NCBI GenBank assembly: GCA_041862415.1
Contig: JBGVTF010000292.1
Span: forward strand, 1 to 59,535
DNA length: 59,535 nt
Direction: 5' to 3'
Origin: Anaerolineae bacterium
GTDB taxonomy: Bacteria; Chloroflexota; Anaerolineae; E26-bin7
This document shows positions 16,287-28,650 of the stretch, one piece after another. The notes beneath the pieces are model-generated. The model saw nothing but the letters and a program-made list of their open reading frames with translations, had not been told where the DNA came from and did not search any database. Positions within the stretch are counted from its first letter, which is position 1, and the number at the start of each line of letters is the position of its first letter. The translations under genes and the position numbers were made by a program.

Positions 16287-16315
16287 TTGATAAGTGATAC
16301 TTATTGTGGTATAAT
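16287..16315 (+). promoter_or_regulatory. sigma70 promoter of the PerR/DPSL cluster
   Basis: TTGATA-17-TATAAT with TG. Confidence 0.65.
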
Positions 16316-16411
16316 TTTCATTAGAGAATCATTGGCTGTTAAGAATAAAGGCTGGAAACTCCTATCGGAAAGTGATTTCTGTGGCGAATGTGTGTTGCAA
16401 GGAGACAATCC

Positions 16412-16642
16412 ATGGCCAATCTTGAGGCCCGATTGGAAGAATTGATTGCCAGGTTGAGAGAACGGGGTCATCGCCTCACCCCGCAGCGGATGGCCGTGCT
16501 CAAGATCCTAGCTGCAAGTGAGAGGCATCCCAGTGTGGGACAGATCTACGAGCGCGTGAAGGTGGATTTTCCCATGGCTAGCCTGGCTACCATCTATAAG
16601 ACAGTGACGCTAAGCTCTACGAAAAATAGGGGGCTTTTTTGA
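16412..16642 (+). pseudogene. Fur/PerR-family regulator, truncated after the DNA-binding domain
   Basis: RLTPQRMAVL..HPS..IY..SLATIYKT; homology stops at ~16610, and the metal-binding/dimerisation half is missing. Confidence 0.8.
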
Positions 16643-16761
16643 GTCAATTACGTACGTTTACGGATAGACAGACCCGGCAAAAGCGTGTATGATGAAAATG
16701 GCTTCCAACCTGATCTATTGTTCTGACAGACCTGGCTATACCCGGCCTGAGCGGCCTTTTT

Positions 16762-17193
16762 ATCCCGGACCTGAACCGCGCTTACGCCGACGAGTGGTTG
16801 GCTGTCTACTCGTACACGCACATGGCGCAAGTAGTCACGGGGCGGCCTGCGGCCAAGCACCTTGCGGGACTGCTCCAGGAAACCGCTGCGGAGGAATTGG
16901 AGCACCAAGAGGAATTGGCTGAGCGCATCACACAACTTGGTGGTGAGCCGCTGGCAGATCCGTCAAAGCTGGTGGAGGCGAGCAGTGAAGGCTATCCCAC
17001 ACCGCCAGCGGATGCGACGGACTTTGAAAGCATCGTCAAGACGGTGATCGAAGCCGAGCGGGGTGCCATTGAAGTATACAACAAGCTAGCCAAAAAGACG
17101 GCGGGCAAAGACCCAATCACCTATGAGCTCATCGTCCACATCCTCGGGGAGGAGATCGAACACGAGGACGAGTTCGAGAACCTGATAAGCTGA
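16762..17193 (+). pseudogene. Ferritin-like (DPSL/bacterioferritin-type) protein, apparently 5'-truncated
   Basis: In frame upstream of the TTG is DLNRAYADEWLA; EELEH, RITQLGG, AERGAI, EEIEHE di-iron motifs; no in-frame ATG/GTG back to the stop at 16711. Confidence 0.65.
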
Positions 17194-17328
17194 GTTGCGC
17201 GTGCGACCTGTTGATGAGGTGCTTTGGTGTCATAAAAGGAGGCGATGTGTATTTGAAATCAGAAGGAACGCGCTGCATGTTAACTTTAAAGAGAGATGGC
17301 CATTCCAAGACAAGAAAGGAGAAAAATC

Positions 17329-17880
17329 ATGGCTAAGGTAGCACGAGAGATGGTGGAGAGGGCGGGAGTGAACGTTGACCAACTGTTGGAACTGTTGGTC
17401 AAAAATGCAGCCGCCGAACTCACCACCTACTATTACTACACGATTCTGCGAGTCAATCTGATTGGACTGGAGGGGGAGGGGATCAAAGAGATTGCAGAGG
17501 CGGCCCGCATCGAAGATCGCAATCACTTTGAGGCCCTAGTGCCCCGCATCTACGAACTCGGCGGCAAACTGCCGGAGGACATGAAGGTCTTCCATGACAT
17601 GTCGGCCTGTCCGCCCGCCAGCCTGCCAAAGGATCCGACGGACATCAAGGCCATGTTGACGGTGCTGGTGGAAGCGGAGAGATGTGCCGTACGGGGATAT
17701 ACCCAGATCTGCAACATGACCGCTGGCAAGGATCATCGAACCTACGATTTGTCTCTGGCAATCCTCAATGAGGAAATCCAGCACGAATCGTGGTTCTCCG
17801 AGTTCCTGGGTGAGGGACCGTCCGGCCATTTCCTGCGTCGGGGGGAGACTTCTCCCTTCGTGCGCAAGTTCCTGGAGTAG
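17329..17880 (+). CDS. DNA protection protein, DPS-like (DPSL/thioferritin)
   Basis: AELTTYYYY, EDRNH, PRIYELGG, Cys pair SAC/AERC, EEIQHE; AGGAG RBS. Confidence 0.9.
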   Translation: MAKVAREMVERAGVNVDQLLELLVKNAAAELTTYYYYTILRVNLIGLEGEGIKEIAEAARIEDRNHFEALVPRIYELGGKLPEDMKVFHDMSACPPASLPKDPTDIKAMLTVLVEAERCAVRGYTQICNMTAGKDHRTYDLSLAILNEEIQHESWFSEFLGEGPSGHFLRRGETSPFVRKFLE

Positions 17881-17896
17881 GATCGAATTCAGCAAA

Positions 17897-17933
17897 GGGG
17901 AGGCCCTATGTCCTTCAGGGCCTCCCCGGTTTT
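17897..17933 (+). terminator. Intrinsic terminator after DPSL
   Basis: GGGGAGGCCCT..AGGGCCTCCCC followed by GGTTTT. Confidence 0.65.
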
Positions 17934-17948
17934 CCACGGGTTTTGGAT

Positions 17949-18185
17949 ATGCGAAGGTTTACGGAAAAGGAACTCGTCCAATACAATGGCAAGGATGGGG
18001 CATCTGCCTTCATAGCCTACGAGGGTAAAGTATATGACGTATCCAGCAGTTTCCTGTGGCAGGATGGGCAGCATCAAGTATTGCACACTGCTGGTGTAGA
18101 TTTGACCGCCGGTCTTGATGAGGCCCCCCACGGCGCAGATCTATTGGAGAGATTTCCCGTGATTGGAATGCTCGACGAAGATTGA
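17949..18185 (+). CDS. Cytochrome b5-like heme/steroid-binding protein
   Basis: FTEKELVQYNGKDG..GKVYDVS..W..G.H..H.AG.DLT..APHG..FPVIG. Confidence 0.85.
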   Translation: MRRFTEKELVQYNGKDGASAFIAYEGKVYDVSSSFLWQDGQHQVLHTAGVDLTAGLDEAPHGADLLERFPVIGMLDED

Positions 18186-18422
18186 GGCTGTACCCCGTGC
18201 TGGCGGCAGTCACCCACCACTGCTGCACCATTGTTCCGATACAGGCGGTACAGGCAGCCGCTATGGTGCGATCTCTGTCGGAGAGCACCTCTGGACAAAT
18301 GCCACGAACCTTCGCAAGGCTAACAGACTCAAGAACTGAATGACACTGCTCCAAGCCTTGAGTCCGCTTGCGGCGAAACTTTGCAGCGAGGGCTTCAGGG
18401 CCTGCTAAGGTCGCCTAAGCTT

Positions 18423-18451
18423 TTGACAGTGAAAGAAAAGTGTGATATGAT
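18423..18451 (+). promoter_or_regulatory. sigma70 promoter upstream of cooS
   Basis: TTGACA-17-TATGAT with TG. Confidence 0.7.
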
Positions 18452-18587
18452 ATGCATGTGCTCACACTGGCAGGGAATGCGCTGAAACCTTGCCAAGGGG
18501 TGCTGCTGTGCACCCTATTTTCATGTGAGCTTGCATGAAACAATTGAGTTGCCCATAATTTTAGCAGAAAGGATATACGCATCGAAG

Positions 18588-20546
18588 ATGACCGAGAAAA
18601 AAAGAAGCGTTGACCCAGCGGCGATCGAAGTCCTGGAACGGCCTGAGTGCCAGGAAGTCTCGACCGCCTTCAGCCGGGCGGAGGCGATGAAGCCTTGTCC
18701 CATCGGAGCGGATGGACGCTGCTGCAAGAACTGCGCTATGGGACCCTGTCGTCTAACCAAGGAAGGACAGGTGGGCATTTGTGGCGCGACTCTGGAGGTG
18801 GTTGCGGCCCGCAACCTGGCCCGGGCTATCGCTGCCGGCTCCGCCTCCCACTCTGACCACGGCCGCGGTGTGGCCATGACCTTGCTGGCTGCGGCCGAGG
18901 GCCACGCGCCCGACTACAAGATCCGCGACATCGGCAAGTTGACACGGGTGGCCGGATACCTGGACATCTCCACTCAGGGGAAGGAAGTGAACCAACTGGC
19001 CAAAGAGGTGGCCGAGAAAGCGCTGGCCGCGTTCGGCCAGCAGACCGGCGAGATCGCCTACGTCAAAAGGGCTCCTGAGAAGCGTCAGGAAATCTGGCGC
19101 AACCTGGATGTCGCCCCTCGCGGCGTTGACCGTGAGGTGGTGGAGATGTTACACCGCACCCACATAGGCAATGACCAGGACCCGGAGCACATCCTGGATC
19201 ATGCCGTGCGCACCGCCCTGGCCGACGGCTGGGGTGGCTCAATGTTATCCACAGACCTGACGGACATCCTCTTTGGCACGCCCAGCCCCGGCCAGGCCCA
19301 GGCTAACCTGGGAGTGCTCAAAGGGGACGAGGTCAACATCATCGTACACGGCCATGAGCCGACCCTCTCGGAGATGATCCTGGGCGCTGTTCAGGATCCG
19401 GAGCTTATCGAGTACGCCAAGTCGAAGGGTGCCAAAGGGATCAATGTGGCTGGTATCTGCTGCACAGCCAATGAGCTTTTGATGCGACAGGGTGTCCCCC
19501 TGGCTGGCAATTTCCTCAACCAGGAGTTGGCTATCCTCACCGGTGCTACGGACGCCATGGTCGTTGACATCCAGTGCATCATGGAGGCCCTGGTCCCCCT
19601 GTCCCAGCAGTTCCAGACCAAGGTCATCACCACTTCGGACAAGGTCAAGATCCAGGGCGCTATTCACATGCCCTTCGTGGAGGAACGGGCTTTAGAGGTT
19701 GCCAAGGAAATCGTACGCCTGGGTATTGACGCCTTCGCCGAGCGTGGCGAGGTCAACATCCCCAAAGCTGTGGACGGGTTGGTCGCCGGTTTCTCCCATG
19801 AATACATTCGCTACATGCAAGGTGGCATCTATCGCGGCTCCTTCCGTCCCCTCAACGATGCCGTTATAGCCGGACGGGTGCGTGGCGCGGCCGGCGTGGT
19901 CGGTTGCAACAACGCCCGCGTCTGCCAGGATGAAGCCCACAGCTACATTGTGCGTAAACTCATTGAGAATGATGTGCTGGTAGTCATGACTGGCTGTGGC
20001 GCTATCGCTAACGCCAAGTACGGCCTGCTGTCGCCGGACGCCATCAGGTACGCTGGCCATGGCCTGCGGGAGACCTGCGAAGCGGTCGGTATTCCGCCGG
20101 TATTGCACATGGGGAGCTGCGTGGACAACACGCGAATCCTCACTCTCCTGACAGAGGTGGTAGCAGAGGGCGGCCTGGGTGATGACATCTCCGACCTGCC
20201 CGTTGCCGGTCTGGCCCCGGAGTGGATGAGCGAGAAGGCCCTCGCCATCGGCACCTACTTCGTAGCTTCTGGTGTCTACACCATCTTTGGGGTAAAGTCG
20301 CCTGTGGCTGGTTCCGAAGAGGTCACTCGCCTTATCACCGAGGGATGGGATGAAAAGTTCGGCGCTCAGTTGGTGTTCGAGCCCGATTTGGACAAGATGG
20401 TCGAACTGACGCTGGCCCGCATTGACGAAAAGCGCCAGGCTCTAGGATTGACAGAATATGACCCACAGCGCTTCGCCAAGCCAGGCGTGACCTGGGACGA
20501 GGTGATGGGCTACGCAGAAAAGGTGGGTGCGCCAGTGTCTGGCTAG
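18588..20546 (+). CDS. cooS: Anaerobic Ni-dependent carbon monoxide dehydrogenase catalytic subunit
   Basis: D/B cluster CPIG..CCKNCAMGPC..CGA; C-cluster ligands HGHEP, GICCTANE, DIQC, GCNN, TGCG, GSCVDN; SEKA. Confidence 0.95.
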   Translation: MTEKKRSVDPAAIEVLERPECQEVSTAFSRAEAMKPCPIGADGRCCKNCAMGPCRLTKEGQVGICGATLEVVAARNLARAIAAGSASHSDHGRGVAMTLLAAAEGHAPDYKIRDIGKLTRVAGYLDISTQGKEVNQLAKEVAEKALAAFGQQTGEIAYVKRAPEKRQEIWRNLDVAPRGVDREVVEMLHRTHIGNDQDPEHILDHAVRTALADGWGGSMLSTDLTDILFGTPSPGQAQANLGVLKGDEVNIIVHGHEPTLSEMILGAVQDPELIEYAKSKGAKGINVAGICCTANELLMRQGVPLAGNFLNQELAILTGATDAMVVDIQCIMEALVPLSQQFQTKVITTSDKVKIQGAIHMPFVEERALEVAKEIVRLGIDAFAERGEVNIPKAVDGLVAGFSHEYIRYMQGGIYRGSFRPLNDAVIAGRVRGAAGVVGCNNARVCQDEAHSYIVRKLIENDVLVVMTGCGAIANAKYGLLSPDAIRYAGHGLRETCEAVGIPPVLHMGSCVDNTRILTLLTEVVAEGGLGDDISDLPVAGLAPEWMSEKALAIGTYFVASGVYTIFGVKSPVAGSEEVTRLITEGWDEKFGAQLVFEPDLDKMVELTLARIDEKRQALGLTEYDPQRFAKPGVTWDEVMGYAEKVGAPVSG

Positions 20547-20599
20547 CTGTTCTGGAAATCAACTGGTTTTGATGCCAGTGTAGTTGCTGGTATACCTGA

Positions 20600-20648
20600 C
20601 GAAAGCCCAGGGAAGGAAGCCAATGATCACTCCATCCCTGGGCTTTCG
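20600..20648. repeat. Strong hairpin downstream of cooS
   Basis: Perfect 14-bp inverted repeat CGAAAGCCCAGGGA/TCCCTGGGCTTTCG; no U-tract. Confidence 0.55.
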
Positions 20649-20724
20649 GCCAAGTTGGGGGTTATGTAAACTATCTTCAAAGATTTCGTTCCAAAAACGA
20701 TAGAATTTTTGTGAAGGTGAAGGG

Positions 20725-21768
20725 GTGGCTGGTGGGAGTCGCATCCTGGCTATTGACGTTGGCGCTGGTACTCAAGATGTACTGCTGTACGAGAGTGACA
20801 AGCCTATAGAGAACTGCGTAAAGATGATCCTGCCCTCACAGACGAGCCTGGTGGCCGGAAGGATCAAACGGGCCACGACTGAAGGACACGACGTCTTCCT
20901 GACAGGTAACTTGATGGGCGGTGGTCCTTGCGTCAGCGCCGTGAAAAGGCATATTAAGGCAGGTTTTTCCATCTACGCCACGCCTTTGGCAGCCAAGACC
21001 ATCCGTGACAACCCCTCCGAAGTAGAGGAGATGGGAGTCCGCATCGTGGAGGAAGCCCCGACCGGAACTGTGGTTGTCGAGACCAGAGACGTCGACCTGG
21101 ATTCCTTGCGGCAGGCTCTGGCCCTCTTCGATATAGAACTCCCGGAATGTTATGCCATTGCCGTGCAGGATCACGGCGAAACGCTGGAGGGCAGTCAACG
21201 TCGCTTTCGCTTTCAGCATTGGGAACGTTTTGTAGAAGCCGGAGGACACATGGCATCCCTGGCCTATCAAGAGATACCAGCCTACTTCACACGGATGAAA
21301 GCCGTGCAGGCTGACGTACCTGGGGCGCTGCTCATGGACACTGGCTCTGCTGCCATCTGGGGAGCCCTGTGTGACCCAGCCGTGGCTGCTCATCAGGAAG
21401 AGGGTCTGGTCATTGTCAACGTCGGTAATCAGCACACGGTAGGGGTCCTTCTGAAGGGTGAGAGAGTGTGGGGCCTTTTTGAGCACCACACCGTTCTCCT
21501 GACGAGTGAAAAGCTGTCTGCTTATGTGGGAACTCTGCGGCGAGGGACGTTGAGCAACGATGCAGTCTATGACGAGCATGGTCATGGCGCGATGATCCAT
21601 GCTGACTATCCACCTGACAGCTTCTTCGAGTTCGTGGCGGTCACTGGACCCAACCGTCGTATGGCCGAGGGCCTGGGCTATTACATGGCCGTCCCCCATG
21701 GAGATATGATGCTTTCGGGGGCCTTCGGTCTGGTGGCTGCTGCCCAGCGATTGGGGTTGGTTGAATAA
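20725..21768 (+). CDS. DUF1786 family protein (ASKHA-like fold)
   Basis: ILAIDVGAGTQD, ENCVKMILPS, MGGGP, AVQDHG, MDTG, NVGNQHT, FEHHT, PHGDMMLSG. Confidence 0.85.
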   Translation: MAGGSRILAIDVGAGTQDVLLYESDKPIENCVKMILPSQTSLVAGRIKRATTEGHDVFLTGNLMGGGPCVSAVKRHIKAGFSIYATPLAAKTIRDNPSEVEEMGVRIVEEAPTGTVVVETRDVDLDSLRQALALFDIELPECYAIAVQDHGETLEGSQRRFRFQHWERFVEAGGHMASLAYQEIPAYFTRMKAVQADVPGALLMDTGSAAIWGALCDPAVAAHQEEGLVIVNVGNQHTVGVLLKGERVWGLFEHHTVLLTSEKLSAYVGTLRRGTLSNDAVYDEHGHGAMIHADYPPDSFFEFVAVTGPNRRMAEGLGYYMAVPHGDMMLSGAFGLVAAAQRLGLVE

Positions 21769-21860
21769 CGCCCCTTTGGAGAGTCAGCGGGTAGCATTCA
21801 CTGCCCTCCTCCAAATTGGAGAGAGATGGCGGTACCTTCGGGACGCGAAAGGGCAAGAGG

Positions 21861-22778
21861 ATGGACAAGAAATTCATCGTCAGGTTCAGAGGAGTGCGAG
21901 GCAGCTATCCGGTGCCTGGTGAGGCGACCTCTCGCGTCGGCGGCAATACCGCTTGCGTTGAGGTATGGGCTGGTGGGCACCTCATCATCATTGATGCCGG
22001 GACAGGCATCATCGGTCTGGGCAAAGAACGCATAAACAAATATCGAGCCAGCGGGGGAAAAGAGCCCATCGTGGCTACGATGCTCTTCAGCCATACCCAT
22101 CACGATCACACCCAGGGATTCCCTTACTTTGACCCCGCTCACGAGGGCACCAGTGTGCTCTACTTGTTTGGCCCCAAGACCTTCTACGAGGACATTGAGG
22201 AAGCACTGTCGAGGGCTATGCTGGCGCCTGTCCACTCGGTGGCTCTGGAGGAACTCAAGTCACTGAAGGTCATAAGCAATATCGAGGAGTCTGAGGTAGT
22301 GATCCTCGACCAGGGCAGTATCCCACAGATACTCAATGTCTACCGTGATGAGAGGGAGGACTCGCCTGACGCTGTTGAGATAAGTGTGATGAGGAGTTAT
22401 GCTCACCCCAAGGGAGGGGTAAGCATTTACAAGATAAGTTGGGATGGTAAAAGCATGGTCTATGCCAGTGACACAGAAAGCTATGTTGGAGGAGATACAC
22501 GTCTGATCGAGTTCGCCAGCGGAACCGATCTATTGATTCATGATGCTCAATACACTGAAGAAGAATACATCACAGGACCCGTCTCCAAGCAGGGGTGGGG
22601 ACATAGCACACCAGAGATGGCCATAGCCATTGCCCAGGCGGCCGGAGTGAAAAAGCTCGTTCTCTATCATCACGATCCTATGCACGATGATGACACTCTG
22701 GCCGACATAGAACGGAAAGCCCAGAAAGCCTTCCCCCACACTATCCTTGCCTATGAGGGGCTGACTATCGAACTGTAA
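21861..22778 (+). CDS. MBL-fold metallo-hydrolase (phosphodiesterase/RNase Z-like)
   Basis: GVRGSYP..GGNTACV, DAGTG, SHTHHDH, SDTE, HDAQY, GWGHS, HHDP. Confidence 0.9.
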   Translation: MDKKFIVRFRGVRGSYPVPGEATSRVGGNTACVEVWAGGHLIIIDAGTGIIGLGKERINKYRASGGKEPIVATMLFSHTHHDHTQGFPYFDPAHEGTSVLYLFGPKTFYEDIEEALSRAMLAPVHSVALEELKSLKVISNIEESEVVILDQGSIPQILNVYRDEREDSPDAVEISVMRSYAHPKGGVSIYKISWDGKSMVYASDTESYVGGDTRLIEFASGTDLLIHDAQYTEEEYITGPVSKQGWGHSTPEMAIAIAQAAGVKKLVLYHHDPMHDDDTLADIERKAQKAFPHTILAYEGLTIEL

Positions 22779-22879
22779 GCCCATCACCATGGCAGAATAT
22801 ACCGGTTGCCACGCTGACGAACAGAGAAGAGGAAAGAAGGGAATTGTTCCCTTGTTTCCCTCTTTTCTTTCCTAGGAGT

Positions 22880-22909
22880 AGAGCCTGGAACTCAAAGAGG
22901 CTCTATTTT
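22880..22909 (+). terminator. Probable intrinsic terminator
   Basis: TAGAGCCT..AGGCTCTA followed by TTTT. Confidence 0.5.
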
Positions 22910-22929
22910 GATTTTTGAGGTTGGCTCAC

Positions 22930-23160
22930 TCAGGGTGAGAAGGTGGATTCAGGGCTGGCGGTGGGAGTTGGCGTGGGCGATGCTGTAGGCGTCGGGCTGG
23001 TTGTTGGCGTGGGTGAGAGAACGATTGGTGTGGGGGTAGGAGGAGGTGGCGCCGGCATGGGGATGATGAAGATGACCATACTCAGGACGACCATCAGACT
23101 GAGAATCCAGAAAGCGATCTGGCGGGTTCTGACTCGTGACTTACGCGAGCTGCGTTTCAC
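22930..23160 (-). CDS. Small single-TM protein with Pro/Thr-rich tail
   Basis: Basic N-terminus, one TM, PTPT repeats; GAGGAGG RBS before GTG. Confidence 0.65.
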   Translation of the reverse strand: MKRSSRKSRVRTRQIAFWILSLMVVLSMVIFIIPMPAPPPPTPTPIVLSPTPTTSPTPTASPTPTPTASPESTFSP

Positions 23161-23332
23161 TGCCTACCTCCTCGTGTAACTGACAACCTGTACATAACCT
23201 GTTTCCCTTCCTGGACCCAATTATACCACAGCTCCGACCTTGATGCCAAAACAGGGACAGACTTGCGCAGTTGTCTCACAATCGGGGTAGCAGGCTAATA
23301 CTATTGACCGTCATGTCCCCCGTTTATCTGTC

Positions 23333-23499
23333 AACGCCCAACGCGGTTGGGCTTGCTACCCAAACTGCGTAAGTACCTAAGGGGAACAAGTAGTGACGAC
23401 TGTAGCCGTTCCAGGAGCGCAAAAGCGACTGAAGTCGCCACCACATCTGCGCATAATCCCCCGAGAGCGGTTTGCGCATGAACCCCAACCGGTAGCGTC
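23333..23499 (-). ncRNA. Rod-shaped RNA candidate (6S-like); strand uncertain
   Basis: Nested long-range pairing GGTTGGG/CCCAACC, CAAAC/GTTTG, GGGGA/TCCCC and GTGGTGGCGACT/AGTCGTCACTAC; G-U pairs favour the minus strand. Confidence 0.4.
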
Positions 23500-23552
23500 C
23501 CCTCTTTTTATAAATTGGGTGATTTGTGGTATAATGTATGGAGGAAGACGTC

Positions 23553-26693
<3,141 letters not shown>

Positions 26694-26735
26694 AGCAGAG
26701 AGAAACCTTCCTGACTCTGAAAGGAGGCGAGGACC

Positions 26736-27113
26736 GTGGCCATACAAAGCGATGATTTTACAGCTAAGCTTATGGATGATATGGATTCTCGGCTTCTCGA
26801 TTTCATAAAGAATAAGGTCAATTCGTTCATCAAATGGGACCTGGTCAGGTTCTTCTACGAGAACCCACACACAACTGACTCTGTGGAAAACATTGCCAAG
26901 TATGCTGGTCGTAGCACCGCCGCAGTCCAATCGGAGTTGGAAGAGTTGGTCGAAAGCGGGGTGATGGAGACGCAACTCTTTGAAGGCCTCCCGGTCTATT
27001 CTCTGGTCTCAGATGAAGAGATGCGCCGACTAATTGAGCAATTCATTTTAGCCTGTGAAGATCGTCACTTCCGCGTGAAGGCAGTCTATCACATCATTCG
27101 CGGTATGCGCTGA
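26736..27113 (+). CDS. Small winged-helix-like protein
   Basis: IAKYAGRSTAAVQSELEELVESGV HTH-like pattern; GGAGG RBS. Confidence 0.65.
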   Translation: MAIQSDDFTAKLMDDMDSRLLDFIKNKVNSFIKWDLVRFFYENPHTTDSVENIAKYAGRSTAAVQSELEELVESGVMETQLFEGLPVYSLVSDEEMRRLIEQFILACEDRHFRVKAVYHIIRGMR

Positions 27114-27201
27114 GAAAATGCTTTAGCGCCCTGGCAGTGTGGACTCGGATAGTTATGATGGTGTGATGAGACGCCACACCCTGTCCAAAGGAGGGGCCAA
27201 C

Positions 27202-27966
27202 ATGCAGCAAAGGGTAAAGACGGGTATCGAAGGGCTGGACGACATGCTTCATGGTGGATTTCTACCCCAGACGGCCAACTTGATCGAAGGAGCCACCGGT
27301 ACAGGTAAGACCACATTGGGCATGCAATTCATTTATAATGGCATCACCAAGTACAACGAACCGGGCTTGATCATTACCTTTGAGGAGTTCCCACAGCAAT
27401 ACTATCGGGATGCAGCTACTTTCGGCTGGGACTTTAAAAAGCTCGAGCAAGAGGGTAAGCTCAAGATCGTCATGACCAGCCCTGAAGTGACCAAACTGGA
27501 TTTGGAGAGGGTGGGAGGTATGATCGAGACCCTGGTGACTGAGATGGGAGCACGGCGTATCCTGATTGATAGCCTATCTCACTTTGAGAGATTGAGCTCC
27601 GACCCTATTGAGCTACGTATTATCGAGTACAGCCTCATCAATGCCCTTAAGCGAGAGGGACTGACCAGTGTCTTGACCAGGGAAAACTCCACCCTGCTAG
27701 GAGAAGCTGAGAGTGAGGATGAAAACGTTACCTTCATCGTGGATTCCTACATACTTATGAGATATGTGGAAATCGAAAGCGCCATACACAAGGCCCTCCT
27801 CGTCCTCAAGCTCCGAGGCAGTGACCATGCTAAGGATATCAGAAAGTATGAGATCACGTCCCAGGGCATCAAAGTCCAGGCCAAGTTCGAAGGCCAGGAA
27901 GGTATCATGAGTGGCAGCCCCCGTCGCATGGCCGAGTCCTTTATCGAGGCTTTCGTCAGAAGGTGA
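27202..27966 (+). CDS. Single-domain KaiC-like (RecA superfamily) ATPase
   Basis: TGIEGLDDML.GG, Walker A GATGTGKT, TFEE, ILIDS, KLRGSDH. Confidence 0.9.
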   Translation: MQQRVKTGIEGLDDMLHGGFLPQTANLIEGATGTGKTTLGMQFIYNGITKYNEPGLIITFEEFPQQYYRDAATFGWDFKKLEQEGKLKIVMTSPEVTKLDLERVGGMIETLVTEMGARRILIDSLSHFERLSSDPIELRIIEYSLINALKREGLTSVLTRENSTLLGEAESEDENVTFIVDSYILMRYVEIESAIHKALLVLKLRGSDHAKDIRKYEITSQGIKVQAKFEGQEGIMSGSPRRMAESFIEAFVRR

Positions 27967-28020
27967 GGGGGTGAGGCGACAACTGGACCGCCAGGGAATA
28001 GGAGAAAAGACCCATCTATC

Positions 28021-28317
28021 ATGACAGCCCTCAACCTGGTTCTAATGACCTATTCTTGGGTAATTATCGCCATACTCCTTTTTTTCCTCTTCCTGATAGC
28101 CAGATTCTATGAGAGGAAAGCCCATCAGAGCTCCCGCTATCGACTTTTCCTCCTCCCCCTGGCCCTGTTCTTGCTCGGTACGCTCAGATACGATCTTCTA
28201 TCTGCCGGCAACTTTGTGGGAGACCCACTTGGAGATACCTTATTCCTTGCCGGAGGGGTGGCTACGACCATTCTTGGTTATCACCTCTTGAACTTGATGA
28301 CAGGGGGGCGGACTTGA
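28021..28317 (+). CDS. Small membrane protein (~3 TM)
   Basis: Three hydrophobic segments; stop overlaps the next start (TTGA). Confidence 0.75.
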   Translation: MTALNLVLMTYSWVIIAILLFFLFLIARFYERKAHQSSRYRLFLLPLALFLLGTLRYDLLSAGNFVGDPLGDTLFLAGGVATTILGYHLLNLMTGGRT

Positions 28318-28643
28318 ACATCGTAACTGCTGTGCTGGGCTCCGCGGGTTTGATGTCCGCCATCTACATCGTCCTGATTATGGCCAGGCTCAGTCAAAAG
28401 CTGGGAGCGGTAACCAAGATGCGAGGTTACTACCGAGGATTTTACGTCAGTGCCATATTCCTGCTAGTGTCACTGATAGCCTATTTTCTGAAGACCAGCG
28501 TGCTGCTGGCCTCCGAGCAGGCGCCAGCTTTGCTGAATAGCGATTTGCTCTATTTGTTCACTTACTACCTGCCATTTGCCATAGGTACAAGCATCAGTCT
28601 GGCTATCACCCTTCGCTATTGGGATTGGCTGCTTAAGGGATAG
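28314..28643 (+). CDS. Small membrane protein (~3 TM)
   Basis: Three hydrophobic segments; translationally coupled; ends YWDWL. Confidence 0.75.
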   Translation: MNIVTAVLGSAGLMSAIYIVLIMARLSQKLGAVTKMRGYYRGFYVSAIFLLVSLIAYFLKTSVLLASEQAPALLNSDLLYLFTYYLPFAIGTSISLAITLRYWDWLLKG

Positions 28644-28650
28644 AGCGGAG

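Noticed and set aside
18441-18466. CRP/CooA-type site TGTGA...TCACA upstream of cooS
   Set aside because: Half-sites are 16 bp apart rather than 6.
20596-20650. Hammerhead ribozyme (CTGACGA followed by a stem)
   Set aside because: No GAAA after the stem, and no stems I/III.
27202-27966. Circadian clock kaiC
   Set aside because: Single domain, no ST pair, no kaiA or kaiB.
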